Position numbers and translations under genes: made by a program
Shown: piece by piece, positions 26,341 through 41,025 of the stretch
Numbering within the stretch: position 1 is the stretch's first letter
How the letters are laid out: the number at the start of each line of letters is the position of its first letter
From: Eledone cirrhosa
Taxonomy: Eukaryota
Reading direction: 5' to 3'
Assembly: GCA_964016885.1 (NCBI GenBank)
Contig: OZ024740.1
Span: forward strand, 293,818,001 to 293,882,000
Length of the DNA stretch: 64,000 bases
Notes under the pieces: generated by a model
What the model saw: only the letters and a program-made list of their open reading frames with translations
What the model was told of the DNA's origin: nothing
Database searches by the model: none

Positions 26341-27026
26341 TAATTCGGGGTTGTTCCATTTATCCTCAGTTCATCCATAGATATCAGTAAAAGAATTATT
26401 TAGTGCAGGGCTAGAAGGACAGTAGTAGTAGTAATGGCAGAGTTTGTTGGGGCTGGTAAGGGCTAGGAGTGCAGTAGTAGTAGTAATAGCAGTGTTTGTT
26501 GGGGCTGATAATGGGTTGAGGTTTGATTGGTCGAATAGCCTATGGTGGTGAGTGGGGGTGGGTGAGGGGGAAATTGTGAGAGAGAGAGGTAGCCATCACA
26601 GCGTATATCATCATAGGAGATTTGAGGGAAATAAGCCGGTGCAAGTAGGCATATTGGACAAGGCAAATATGCATAACCTAGCTTCATAAACATCGAAATG
26701 AATGTATGAGAGAAGAGGGAGGTGATGACAGGGGTTAGGGATGACTTTCGCAGAGAGAGAAACATAATGACCAACGTGGTGTATTTTGAAAAACAGGGTC
26801 GAAGTATATAAGTTGTGGCAACAGCGAATGATAATAGCAACAATAATAATAACGATATGAACAAGACATTTTGAAATTGAGGAAGACAGATACCTGCTGG
26901 AGAGGAGAAATAACCTATGGATGACTAAGATAGGTTGAAAGTATTTAGGAATCCATGTAGCCTTTCAGAAATCAGAAATCTCTCTGTCTGGCTTCGTACC
27001 ACTGGAATGAATGAGAGGGTGCAAAC

Positions 27027-27101
27027 GGGATGTAGCCATAGCAGATTTGAGGGATGTAGTCATAGCAGATTTGAGGGATGTAGTCATAGCAGATTTGAGG
27101 G
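27027..27101. repeat. 24-bp tandem repeat, 3 copies
   Basis: GGGATGTAGTCATAGCAGATTTGA x3. Confidence 0.85.
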
Positions 27102-29591
27102 AAATAAGCCGGTCACGGCGTATATCACAATAGGAAATGCATTATAAATAAATAATTATACATAAGAGTATGTTAAATTAAAAGTGAAAAGATAGGATAG
27201 TTAAAGAAGGAAATAAAGGAACTACCTATAAACTCAGAAATAGGGTATATAAGATTAAGAATCATCATCATCATCATCATTTTTACGTCCGCTTTTTCCC
27301 TGCTTGCAAGGGTGGACAGGAACTGGTTCTGGCTTGATTTCTACAGCTGGATGCCCTTCCTAACACCAACCTCATTTACAGTGAGTGCTGGGTGTTTTCT
27401 GCCGTGGCACCTCCACAACCACTTTGCAGTGGAGTGATAGGGACCCCAGTCCCTATCATCTCATTTCTACAGCTGAGTAAACTGGAGCAGTGTGACATAA
27501 AGTGTCTTTCTCAAGGAAACAACACATCACCCGGTCTGAGAATTGAACTCCCAACCTATTGATTGCAAGGCCAATGCTCTAACCACTAAGCCATGTGCCT
27601 CCAGAATAGGGGTTATAAATTAAAATAATATAATAGATGGGAATAAAGAAAAAAAATAATATTAATATAACATGAGTAAAAATAAATGATAAAAAATACA
27701 ATGTAAATTAACTAGGAAGAAAATTTAAACTAGTTAAAGTGTGAAAGTAAGATAAGTAGAGTGGGGATTAAAAAGGTATAGTAAAAAAATATAGACAATT
27801 TAACTAATGGAATCAAAGTGGGATCAAATATGCTGTTAGCGAACGAATATGTCAAACGATGATGGCAGTTAATTACAATCTCATTGCGATCATTTATTGG
27901 ACTGGGCTTAGACATAGTTATAAAATAAGCTTCGGATAAACAGAGATCAGAATGACCTTTAGAACCATTGTAAGGAGAGGGTTTAGCTAAGATATCCCAG
28001 ACGAAAGAGTATTCAATATTAGAGAGTTTGAGTTTATTTATATATCTGGCTAAAGAAGTAAAAAATTTCAAATTACTATTCTTGAAGGAATGTGTATGGG
28101 AATTAAAATGAGTTTTAAAAGAGGCAGCAGTAGCTCCAATGTACGTTTTAGTGTCACTATGGGTTTTAACAGTGAATCTATATACTGCATTATTAGTAAG
28201 ACATTGACCATCTAGAGGGCAGTTAATATGATTTCTACAATTACAGTTACGGTTAGAGACAGTAGAGATTGTAGGTAAGGAGATAGAATTAGTAGGCGTA
28301 TCAATTGAAGGTGAGTTGGTAGGAGAGTTAAAAGAGTAACTATTAATGTTATAATTATTTGTATATAAAGGGTTAAATGAACGAGATAAATTAACAGAAA
28401 GGGAGGCACTGTTTGTTTAGTTTCTTATTGTTACTGAAAACAATATAATCAGCCAGGTTAAGGGTAGTAGAGAAAGAAATCTTAACGCTATTTTTGTTAA
28501 ATAATTTATAGTACTTATGACTAGGAGGGAAACTGTTGCGTAAGATGGAGAAAAACCTTTTAGGGAGGTTAGAAGTGACACTATGGGAGAATGGTGAATT
28601 AAACCATAACAGATTACGAAATCCTTTTCTGTGCAGAGTACTAGCAGTATTATGAGGGTGTATAGATATATTTAGAGTATTTTTTAAGTTAATATGCATA
28701 CTACTGGAGGAATTCTTAGTATTACAGGAAGGCATTTCATTAAGGTGTCTATTAAAACCAATCCTGAACTCATTGCTAGGAGTAGGTAGCAAACCATTAT
28801 TAGGAGACCAGTTTTTCCATTGGTGTTTGTAAATCCATTATTACTAGAAAGACAACTCTGTGCAATTACATTATTATTATGTAAACTATGTGTGGTTAGA
28901 ACAGCAGGTAGGTAATAAATCTTATTCTTATAGCCTGATTTAGAAAGAGTCTCATTATAGTACCAAGTTATTTCATTAAAGAAGAAGAAATTAGTTATAT
29001 ACTGTTGTGATAGTAAGTACAGATGTTTTGGGCAATTATATTTTTCAAGAAAGCGAAAAATAGATGTGTCCTTTCTGACAAAAATATAGGATAAAAAAGG
29101 AAGAGATAGGGTTGATGGCATAGTTTGCTGATTTGCACATGTATGGGGGTGGGATGCAAGATGTGGCAAAGTGTTTGGAGAATGAGAGTAAAAGAATTGC
29201 TGTAGGTGAAGTGGAGAGAGAATAAATTCAATAATAGTAGGGTAGGCTAAAGGAGAAAGAAACTTTCATTAAAAACCAGAATATTTTAGTCTGCCTGGGT
29301 GTATGGTAGAAGATAATTTCTTATTGATAATGACATAAGATGTGAGATTGAACCTAAAACTACATATTATAAAGCAAATGTTTTAACTACACAACCATGC
29401 ATGTGCTCAATAACATATTGATGCCTCACACATAGAATTTTGCAACAAAGGAGCCTTTATACGGTCCCTTAATAAAAATATGTTCTCAACATTTTTAGTA
29501 TTCTGTTTAAAATATATATATAACACTTATAGAAACACATTTTATGTCATTATCAATAATCAGAAATAATTAAAACTTGCCTAATACATAC

Positions 29592-29677
29592 CTAGTAAGC
29601 AGACCAGATCCTAACCAGGGTTTTATAAATTTATAGAACATAATTTTTTCAATGTGTACTGAGTTACCGATTAAATC
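29592..29677 (-). CDS. CYP4V-like coding exon 3
   Basis: TTTCAG|GAT...TAG|GTATGT; 86 bp; DLIGNSVHIEKIMFYKFIKPWLGSGLLT(S), the CYP4 PWLGxGLLTS motif; phase 0 to 2. Confidence 0.95.
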
Positions 29678-30223
29678 CTGAAATGACAAGTAGTTAAATT
29701 AAGTAAAACATGTAAAAAAAAAGAAAATGTATGATATAATCAACTGTTCAGTTGTACACAATTTTTTTACTTTTTTCCTATTTAGAAATAATATAAATGC
29801 AATTTTATGCTAAAGAGAAATAAAGCATGCAGACTGAGAATTAAGGAGAACTGAAAGAATAAGAGATAGAGTGGGAGAGATAGAAAGTGAGATATAAAGG
29901 AAAGACAAAGAGTATAAGATAGAAGGGATGGATGAGTAGAAGGAAGTGGTGCTAATATTAAGAGAGAGAGGGAGAGAGAGAGAGAAGCTGTAATAGGCAA
30001 AGTAGTAAAATACATTGATTCAGCAATGTGATATGAGGAGAGAAATAGGAATAGTCACATACAGAAGAAAGAAGACAATGGAAACATGTAAAAGAAAGAA
30101 GAGGAGGAGATCTTTTACTACACCCCGACATTCAATAAATTCTTGATACATTTGGAAAAAACATTTAACCAAAGATTTAATACAATATACATATATATTT
30201 GTATTGGTGCTCCGACAATGATA

Positions 30224-30616
30224 TACATATTGTATATTGAATAATGTACGGAATGTTTGTGAAAAATATTTGAATGCCTTTAGCTATAAATTTCTAAGGT
30301 TGTAATCATCATCAACAGCCAACCTCAGCAAAAACAGGGGGAAGTAATCGATACGTTTCTCGCTTACTAGTGGTTATCGAAACTATATATCTCCCCATGT
30401 TTGCTAAGCTTTCAAGCTTACATTAGCCTCAGCAAAGACAGGGAGATATGTAGTTTCAATAATGACTAATAAGCGAGAAATACGTTGATTACTTGCTCCT
30501 GTTTTTGCTGAGGCTGAGTGTGTGATGGGGATCACAACCTTAGAAATTCATAGCGAAAGGCCTTCAAATATTTTTCATAAATATCCCATATATTATTCAA
30601 TATACAGTATGTACAT
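30224..30616. mobile_element. ~390-bp foldback palindrome (hairpin MITE)
   Basis: The left half is an imperfect reverse complement of the right half with almost no spacer, e.g. CCTCAGCAAAAACAGG / CCTGTTTTTGCTGAGG and TTTCTCGCTTA / TAAGCGAGAAA. Confidence 0.8.
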
Positions 30617-31298
30617 TTATTTGTATATTTCATTTAATGTTTCGAGTAAAGGTTAAAGTATGCTTCACATAATAAAGATAAATTCAATATGACCGAGATT
30701 TAAATTCGTAAGAAAAATGTGACCTTTAAATATTAGAAACAAAAATATTTGGTAATGATACTATCAAGTTAAAGTACATGCAGTTTCATCAAACTATCTG
30801 TTGCGTATGAACAATTTCATCTACATAATCAAACTACAGTTGTTGGATTTTTATATAATTACAATCTATATAATACTAAAACTCTGTGATTGCTTGCTTG
30901 CTTGCTTGCTTGTCTGTAGTGTAATACAGCCAAAGGGCGCATAATGGGAAAATACTTTGAAAGGAAGTTGACCCTGAAACGTGAATACAAAGGGAATAAA
31001 ACAAGTTTCACATAAATTGGTGCACGGGTTCCCGAGATACAGGGTTTTGCTAGGTACCTTCATAAATAGAGAGAGAGAGAAGACTAGAGAGAAAGAGATA
31101 GTGGTTGCGAGAGAGTAGATTGAAAGAGAGACATAGAGAGAGAGAAGGAAACTGAGAAGGAAAATGGAAGAGAGAGAGAGATGGTGATGTTGTTGAATGA
31201 AATTATAGCCGGTGAATTCCATGAAACAAATACAGCATTAGTACATCCCACTAAATAGAAAGGGTTTCTAAGTGTATGTGTGTATATGTGTGTGCGTG

Positions 31299-31344
<46 letters not shown>

Positions 31345-31373
31345 ACCGGTGTATATAGGTCACAGACAGCTGC

Positions 31374-31406
<33 letters not shown>

Positions 31407-31491
31407 TACGTTATTCCGGGTTGAATCGGAGGTAACCACAGTAAGTAAGGTACTCAATACATGGCAGAGTATAACAGTTTTAATATAGAAG

Positions 31492-31542
31492 AGATTCTAC
31501 AGGACTAGAACTGTTTCATTCATTAGAAATCATCAGGAATCT
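31492..31542 (-). ncRNA. Type I hammerhead ribozyme (Penelope-associated)
   Basis: AGATTC-CTGATGA-TTTCTAATGAAT-GAA-ACAG(TTCTAGTC)CTGT-A-GAATCT: 6-bp stem I, intact CUGAUGA/GAAA core, 4-bp stem III and GUA cleavage triplet. Confidence 0.85.
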
Positions 31543-32049
31543 GGGTATCAAAAAATAAATATGGTATTTATAGGTCTCTACAAGTGGTAGGAGAGGGTGG
31601 GGAGTGGGATGGGTGCAGGTCATTGGTTGATAGAAAAGGGAATTCATTAAAAGCTAATTCTACAAGGCTATAGTTTATTTTTATTTTTATTTATATTTAT
31701 TTATGTTTTTAGGGTAACAAAGGCAGACAGAATTCTATAAACAGGTTCCGGATGGCATATCATTCCTTGTCAATAAGTTTCTCTTAAGCTAACAGATGTC
31801 TATAAAGTCAGTGGGGGGTCAGTCATGGTCGATAGAATTAAAGAAAAGGGAGATTCTTTAAAAGCTAAAGTCATTAAGGTTCTACTAAGTGACAAAGGTT
31901 TAGAGAATTCTGCAGACAGATTCAAAATACTGAGTGCATATCTTACTATTATCTTCGAACTTCTCTTAAACTAATCAACTATATGCCAAAAATCAACAGA
32001 CACATTCACAAAAAAACAAAAAAACAAAAAAACAAAAAAAACACATACT

Positions 32050-34350
<2,301 letters not shown>

Positions 34351-34525
34351 AAATAGGTACTCAATAAATATACGCATATACGCAGGCACATAAAGACACC
34401 TCTACAGGCAGAAAATGTAGATACGAAAGAGGTACTCACATAACCATAGTGGCCGTGTTTCAGGTTGAGGAGGGGTGGGGGTAGGGTGGGGAGGAGGTAT
34501 AGGGGCCAATAGGGGGAGGTCGTTT

Positions 34526-36220
34526 TTAGCCATCGGGCTTTAACACTGGCTTAAAGTGTTTGAATGTTGCAAAGTTCTTGTGCATGCAGTTCGGGCAGTG
34601 TTCAGAGAGTTTGTTCAGTAGCGGGCCCTTGGCGAATAAAATTTCGTAGCTCTCTGAAATACAAAGGTCGCAGCCCTTGTGTCCTCCGTTGTAAGAGCGC
34701 GCTTTCTGGAGTATTTTCCAATTAAGCGTGAAGGGGGTGGAGTTCCTTTTGAGGTCCCAAACGTAGGAGGCGAGTGTTGTTTGATTTGATTTATCCGGTC
34801 TTCTGAAGGAGTGGGTATGGGCATACCAACGGGTCTTAAAGTTGTTGGAGGTCATGCCGATGTAAGTTTTTTTGCAATCCTCGGTGCCTGAGATGACATC
34901 GCATTTGTATACGATGTCATTTGTGAGGCATTTGTTTTCTAGTGGGCATGCTTCCTTATTAAGGCAATTACATAGAGCCCCAGTCCGGGGATTGGTTTCG
35001 GAGGTGGTTGGCTTATTTAGTTTAGAGTTGTGGTTGGCTATATTCCTAGCTAGGTTAGGTGTGGTGGAGTAAGACAGTCTTATAGTGTTCTTATTAAAGA
35101 TGGTGAAGTACCTATGTTGTATGGGGAAGTGTAATTTCAGTAAAGTGAAGAAAATCCTAGCTATCGGAGTAGATACCTCTCTATTGAAGGGAGGGTTGTA
35201 CCAGCTAATCTGCCTATGTCTATTCCTCCTCTGCAATTTTGCGGTGGTTTCTAGGTAAGTTATCTTATCTTTAAATCCGCTACGGGCTAGGGCGTCATTG
35301 TAGTAGGAGGCAGATGCATTAAAAATATCTTTGTTGGCGGAGAGGCCAGATATTCTAATAGAGACGCTTTTTACTAGGTTATCAGTGATGTTTTGGGGGT
35401 GGTTAGAATTAACATTAATATATTTAAGGGACTCGTTAGGTTTGTGGTACGGGTAATAGAGGGAAGTATCTAGGTCGAGAGTGACATCTAAGAAGTTGGC
35501 CCTAGTCAAATTAGAATCTATAGTTATACTAAATCCTAGATTAGAGAAGAAAGAGCTTAAGTTTTTCCGAAACCCATCGGTGGTTCTGGGGCTAACCTTA
35601 TGCAGGGCGAAGAGGCCGTCGTCTCGGTATAAACCTCCAGTTAGGCCGGTAAAGAGGTTCTTCAGGTTATGTAGGATGTACAGGCCCACAAGATCGCTAA
35701 TTTCAGCCGAGTCGCTCGCCCCCATGCTAACGTCAAATGGGGTCTGAGATTTCTTGTTGATCCAGTAAGATCCATCGTGGTATAGAAAGGTCTTACGAGC
35801 GTGGAGGATAATAACTTGCTCAGCATCGGTAATGGTGGTAAAATTCCTGGCAAAGTTAATTGCGTCCTTCAGGAGGGGCTCCGAGATAGAGGCATAGTAG
35901 TTTTCTATGTCGAGTTGCAGGAAGCGAGTGTGGTGTTTATCGGGTAATTCTTGGAACCATGATATTGCCTCAGATGTTCTACTCCAGAGTGGAAGTGGTG
36001 AGGCTGCCCGCAATGATGGTAGAACTCTATCCAGGATCTTCTTACTGATAGAGCCGATGTCAGAACGAGTGGGGTTGATAAGTCTGACTGATGGTTTGTT
36101 GAGGAAATTTCCCTTATGGTCCTTCAGGGTAAAGTGCGGGGTCTTTACCCTTAAAGGTTCGGTTCGGTCATGTAATTTAAGGGACTTGGCGATTTCTTTT
36201 CCGGCCGCGTTTGTCTCAGT
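34526..36220 (-). CDS. Penelope-like reverse transcriptase plus GIY-YIG endonuclease (N-terminally truncated)
   Basis: RT motifs [29 protein letters not shown] and GLYRDDGL; Cys linker CNC..CPLENKC; GIY-YIG motifs IVYKC..TYIGMT..R..H and CDLCISE; no stop over about 565 codons. Confidence 0.92.
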   Translation of the reverse strand, partial: TETNAAGKEIAKSLKLHDRTEPLRVKTPHFTLKDHKGNFLNKPSVRLINPTRSDIGSISKKILDRVLPSLRAASPLPLWSRTSEAISWFQELPDKHHTRFLQLDIENYYASISEPLLKDAINFARNFTTITDAEQVIILHARKTFLYHDGSYWINKKSQTPFDVSMGASDSAEISDLVGLYILHNLKNLFTGLTGGLYRDDGLFALHKVSPRTTDGFRKNLSSFFSNLGFSITIDSNLTRANFLDVTLDLDTSLYYPYHKPNESLKYINVNSNHPQNITDNLVKSVSIRISGLSANKDIFNASASYYNDALARSGFKDKITYLETTAKLQRRNRHRQISWYNPPFNREVSTPIARIFFTLLKLHFPIQHRYFTIFNKNTIRLSYSTTPNLARNIANHNSKLNKPTTSETNPRTGALCNCLNKEACPLENKCLTNDIVYKCDVISGTEDCKKTYIGMTSNNFKTRWYAHTHSFRRPDKSNQTTLASYVWDLKRNSTPFTLNWKILQKARSYNGGHKGCDLCISESYEILFAKGPLLNKLSEHCPNCMHKNFATFKHFKPVLKPDG

Positions 36221-36465
36221 CAGTGTGTGTATACATATATGTATACACACACACATATATATATATATGGGCCTTCCAATTTCATTTTACATTATATACA
36301 TATCTGTGTATATTTTAGTTATTTAAACATTATTTTTAAGCGAACGTGACCCAACAGGTCACGGGTGGTGTAGTATTCAATAAAATTAAAAGTAGTGTAT
36401 GATAAGATATATAAACTGAGGCATGACATTTGACTTCAATGCACTATTTTCATTTTATACATAAA

Positions 36466-39191
36466 GAATGCATGAAGAATGCACCTCCCAACATAGACTG
36501 ATAATTAGCGACCTCATAGTCAGGACGAAACGTACCCGACAGCAGAAGAGGACTATCCTCAGGAGAAAAATATGGAAGCTAAAGGACCCTACAGCCAGAA
36601 ATAAATTTCAAAGCATATTACTTGATGCTTTCGACAGTAAGGAAGAGCATTTAGAGTCGTACAATATAGAGGAACAGTGGGAATTCCTGAAAGCAAACCT
36701 GCTGATGGCGGCAGACGAAGTCTGTGGCTGGAGCAGGCCTATAGGCAGGAGGAGAGTAACATGGTGGTGGAACAGTAAGGTGGAGGAGTCGATTAAGGCC
36801 AAAAAGCAGGCTTGGAAAGTATGGCGGGATGGGGGAAGAAGAGAAGACTATCAAGTGGCCAGGAGGGAAGCTAGGAGACAAGTGTACTTCGCAAGAAGGG
36901 AAGCAGAGGAAAGAAAGTTCAAGCATGTTCTACAACGCGAGGACCAAAAACGTGAGGTGTTCAGGATTGCTAGGCAATGTGTCAAGGAAAACCGTGATAT
37001 TATCGGGGAGAAGTGTGTACTAAATGATGATGGCGTACTTGCCATCACTGACGCTGATAAGAAGGTAGCTTGGAAGTGTCCCTACGAAAGGCTACTAAAT
37101 GAGGAGAATAAATGGGAGAAGGATAGTCTCCCCCATATCGATCCAATAGAGGGACCAGCAGTGTTAGTTGAAGGTAGTATAATAAGTAAGGCTATCAAAG
37201 ATATGAAGATGGGTAAGGCGGCTGGGCCTTCGGAAATAGTTGCTGAGATGCTGAAAGCCTCTGGAACGGTGGGACACACCATGGTCACCCAGATAGTAAA
37301 CCAAGTCATACAGAATGGGGTTGTTCCGAAGGACTGGCGTAGCAGCATCATCATTAACTGTTACAAGGGTAAAGGAGACGCCCTAGATAGGAGTAACTAT
37401 AGAGGCATTAAATTAATCGACCAGGTCATGAAGGTCACGGAAAAAGTAATAGCGCAACTAATCAGAGAGAGAATTGATCTAGATGAAATACAGTTCGGAT
37501 TTGTGTCAGGCAAAAGTACCACAGAAGCTCTTTTCATTGTACGACAACTACAGGAGAAGTACCTAGCTAAAAGTAAACCCCTATACTTAGCCTTTGTCGA
37601 CTTGGAGAAAGCGTTCGACAGAGTCCCCCGTTCCATTATCTGGTGGGCTCTTAGAAAACTAGGTGTTGATGAATGGCTTGTGAGAGCTATAGAAGCCATG
37701 TATAAAGAAACAGTCAGCAAGGTTAGAATTAACAACGAATATAGTGAAGAGTTTAGCGTAAAAGTTGGTGTTCATCAGGGCTCTGTTCTTAGCCCCCTAC
37801 TATTTATTATTGCCCTACAGGCTATAACAGTGGAGTTCAAGACCAGCTACCCATGGGAACTCCTATACGCAGATGATCTAACGCTCATAGCTGAATCAAT
37901 GGCCGAGCTAGAGAAGAAATTCCAAACATGGAAGCACGGCCTAGAATCAAAAGGCCTTAAAATTAACCTGGCTAAGACTAAAGTTCTAGTTTGTAGGAAA
38001 GAAAATAAGGCGTCGGTCCCTTCCGGGAAATGGCCATGCTCAGTGTGTAGGAAAGGCGTAGGTAGAAACTCCATTTTATGTCCCAAATGCAAAGTATGGG
38101 TGCATAAAAGATGCAGTGGGATCACAGGTAAGCTAACTAAGAACACAGATTTTACATGTGGCCGGTGCTCTGGTGCAATAAGTAGCAGCAAGTGCCCACA
38201 GAATACTAGCTCTTTCAATTGCGCAGAGGGTTCTATAGAAATAGTGAACAGCTTCCGTTACCTGGGTGACAAAATCAGCAGTGGAGGAGGGTGCTCTGAA
38301 AGTACAGTAGCTAGAGTCAGAACTGGATGGAAAAAGTTCAGAGAGCTTATACCACTATTAGCCGCTAAAGGGTTCTCCCTAAAAATGAAAGGCAGGCTGT
38401 ATGATGCCTGCATACGAACAGCGATGTTGCATGGCAGTGAGACCTGGGCTTTGTGTGCAGAGGATATACGCAGACTAGAGAGGAACGAAGCTTGCATGCT
38501 CCGCTGGATGTGTAATAGTAATATACGCGAACGGCAAAGCATAAACGAACTAAGGGAAAAATTAGAAATAAGAGGGATCAGATGTTGTTTAGTCGAGAGA
38601 AGGCTACGTTGGTATGGTTACGTGATGCGCATGAAAGACGACAGCTGTATAAAAAAGTGCAGGGCAATAAAGATAGACGGTAGCCACGGAGTAGACAAAC
38701 GCAGAAAAACCTGGGACAACCTGATAAATTCCGACCTCACACACTTACACCTCTCCAAGACAATGTCACTGGACCGAGATCTTTGGCGGTACTCAGTAAT
38801 AGAGAAGACCTGCCTTACCTGAAATACAAAGTAAAACCTACTACAGCAGTAGGCATCTCTAACAAAACACACCCCCGTCCCACCACCCCCACCCCATCCA
38901 CACCGCCCCTTTCAATGTAAAGTTATGTTGGTGCCACAACATCCAGGCCGAAACAAATGAGTTCGTGTAGGTGGCATGACAAAAAAAACACACAGTCCAT
39001 GCTGTAATGTGGCCATGTAGGCAACACGGTAAAAACCTCCCAGTCCCACACTGTAAATGTGGTTGGTGTTAGGAAGGGCATCCAGCTGTAGAAAACCCGC
39101 CAGACAGTCCTATGCGAGCAAGACAACCACTCTTGCCTCAAGTGGGAAAACTCTCGTCCAAACCCATGCAAGCATGGAACATGGACGTTAA

Positions 39192-39224
<33 letters not shown>
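36466..39224 (+). mobile_element. RTE-clade LINE, 5'-truncated, young
   Basis: 784-aa open frame, 3'UTR and (GAT)n tail; candidate TSD ACATAAA at 36459-36465 and 39225-39231. Confidence 0.92.
36468..38822 (+). CDS. RTE ORF2 reverse transcriptase with a Cys-rich PHD-like insert
   Basis: NYRGIKL, QFGF, FVDLEKAFDRVP, GVHQGSVLSPLLF and LLYADDL; CSVC..CPKC..WVHKRC..CGRC; endonuclease domain mostly missing. Confidence 0.93.
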   Translation: MHEECTSQHRLIISDLIVRTKRTRQQKRTILRRKIWKLKDPTARNKFQSILLDAFDSKEEHLESYNIEEQWEFLKANLLMAADEVCGWSRPIGRRRVTWWWNSKVEESIKAKKQAWKVWRDGGRREDYQVARREARRQVYFARREAEERKFKHVLQREDQKREVFRIARQCVKENRDIIGEKCVLNDDGVLAITDADKKVAWKCPYERLLNEENKWEKDSLPHIDPIEGPAVLVEGSIISKAIKDMKMGKAAGPSEIVAEMLKASGTVGHTMVTQIVNQVIQNGVVPKDWRSSIIINCYKGKGDALDRSNYRGIKLIDQVMKVTEKVIAQLIRERIDLDEIQFGFVSGKSTTEALFIVRQLQEKYLAKSKPLYLAFVDLEKAFDRVPRSIIWWALRKLGVDEWLVRAIEAMYKETVSKVRINNEYSEEFSVKVGVHQGSVLSPLLFIIALQAITVEFKTSYPWELLYADDLTLIAESMAELEKKFQTWKHGLESKGLKINLAKTKVLVCRKENKASVPSGKWPCSVCRKGVGRNSILCPKCKVWVHKRCSGITGKLTKNTDFTCGRCSGAISSSKCPQNTSSFNCAEGSIEIVNSFRYLGDKISSGGGCSESTVARVRTGWKKFRELIPLLAAKGFSLKMKGRLYDACIRTAMLHGSETWALCAEDIRRLERNEACMLRWMCNSNIRERQSINELREKLEIRGIRCCLVERRLRWYGYVMRMKDDSCIKKCRAIKIDGSHGVDKRRKTWDNLINSDLTHLHLSKTMSLDRDLWRYSVIEKTCLT

Positions 39225-39225
<1 letters not shown>

Positions 39226-40389
39226 CATAAACTTGTGGTGTCGCATTCAGTGATTTCATGATATATTTGAAGAAAAAAGAAACAGTTAAGCAGTGATTTA
39301 CCTCACCTGTATTTTATTTAATGTTTAAAATAATGGTATTTCAAGTCCTTTATGCATTTGCATAATAATAAAGATAAACACAATAACGATAGGAGTCAAA
39401 CATACAAATTAACTATGACCAGCTGGATAATAATGGAATGTAAAGGAAGAAAAATAGTCTGCTCAATACAAGGATGCAACTCTTGGTATTGGCATTAATA
39501 AAACCACAATGTATCCTCTTGCTTTTGACTTCAGAAATTAAAGAATAGATGGGACACACAGACAGACATTACAAATATAATAAGTAAAATATGATCAGTT
39601 TATACAATTTAGTTCTAGCATATACAGGTATATAAGATTGTAATATAGGCATGGTTGTGTGGTTAATTGGTTAATTGTTTTTTTATCATAGACTCAGGTT
39701 GTTCAATACATTGTGACTGGATTTTGGTAGACAGAAATTATGTAGAACCCCATCAAAATATCTCCCACCCTAACTGAGAGCCCCCTACTCCTCTCCCTCC
39801 CTGTCAAACTCCACCACACTCATCATTTCTCACTCTTCTCCTCTACCTTCTTTCTCCTACATCATACTTTGAACCCAGCACACCTATCATGCAACAAAGA
39901 CATTATACTTATCATTCCCCCATGACATTATACTTATAATACTCCTTCACTCACCTAATGTCACTTACCATTAACATCATGTTTATTACACTTCCTACCA
40001 CTTATCATTTAACCTTTATCCCATAGGATAGAGAAGGGATTTTAGTCCAGTCAATGTCCAACAACTTCCCTTGTGTTGGTGCCATGATGAAACATTCCCA
40101 GTTCACTTTGTAAAGTGGCCGGTGTTAAGAAGGGATTCCAGTCATAGAAATCCTGCAAAAAGGGTTGAGAGGGCCCTTCTAGTGTTGGTGCCATGTAAAA
40201 TGTATCCTGTATAACCTGTAAGGTGAATGGTGATAGAAAGGGCATTTGGTTGTAGAGACAATGCCAAAGTAGGATTGCGAGGGCTCCTCAATTGTGTCAA
40301 AGACATAACAACCTCCTAGTACATGGTGCATTCTGTAGAGTATAAGAACATGTGTAAGAGAGATGCAGCCTCCAGCCTATCTCAGAAAG

Positions 40390-41025
40390 CAGTGTGTCAG
40401 TGAAAACCAAGATGTTATTGGGAAAAAGTGCATTCACTGATGTTCAAAAGAAGGAAGCATGGCAATGATATTTTGAGAGTTGGATGAATGTATAGAATAA
40501 GTCGCAGAAGGAGTGACTACTTCCAGCTGACAAAACAGTGGGATCAGCTATCAAAATTAATAGTTATTGGGTCAAAGGAGCAATTAAGGAGATGAAAAAT
40601 GGCAAGGCCACTGGTCTGTTAGAGATAACTGCTGAGATGCTGGAATCTTCTCGAAAATAGTAGTGGAACTAGTCAGCTGCATAATTAATCAGTTAATACA
40701 TGATGTGGTCATACTCAGTGATTGGTACAGCAGTATACCCATTAATTACTACTAGGGAAAAGGAGATGTACTACAAAGTAACAAATACAGGGGCATAAAA
40801 CTGATGGACTAAGTTATATGATGGAAAGAGTTAATTAGGAAAGGAGCGAAATTAGATGAGATACAGTTTGGTTTTGCACCAGAAAGGAGCACCATAGATG
40901 TCTTCCTATTAGTGAGACAACTACAAGAGAAATTCATAGCTAAGTGTAAGCCACTATATCTAACTCTCATTGATCTGGAGATGGCATTTGACAGAGTACC
41001 ATGATCTGACATCTAGTGGTCCCTA
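40390..41025 (+). mobile_element. Degenerate RTE fragment
   Basis: Broken frames KYRGIKLMD, LDEIQFGFAPERSTID..VRQLQEK and IDLEMAFDRVP. Confidence 0.8.

Larger units (their letters stand above)
23650..29000 (-). mobile_element. Degenerate Penelope-like element carrying nested RTE and SINE insertions
   Basis: Fragments YYNETLSKSGYKNKIYY, LLWFNSPFS..FPPSHKYYKLFNKNSVKISFSTT, CPLDGQC..VY..YIGAT and SLARYINKLK..CLSEAYFI parallel the 34526-36220 ORF; hammerhead-like motif near the left end. The left boundary is inferred. Confidence 0.75.
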
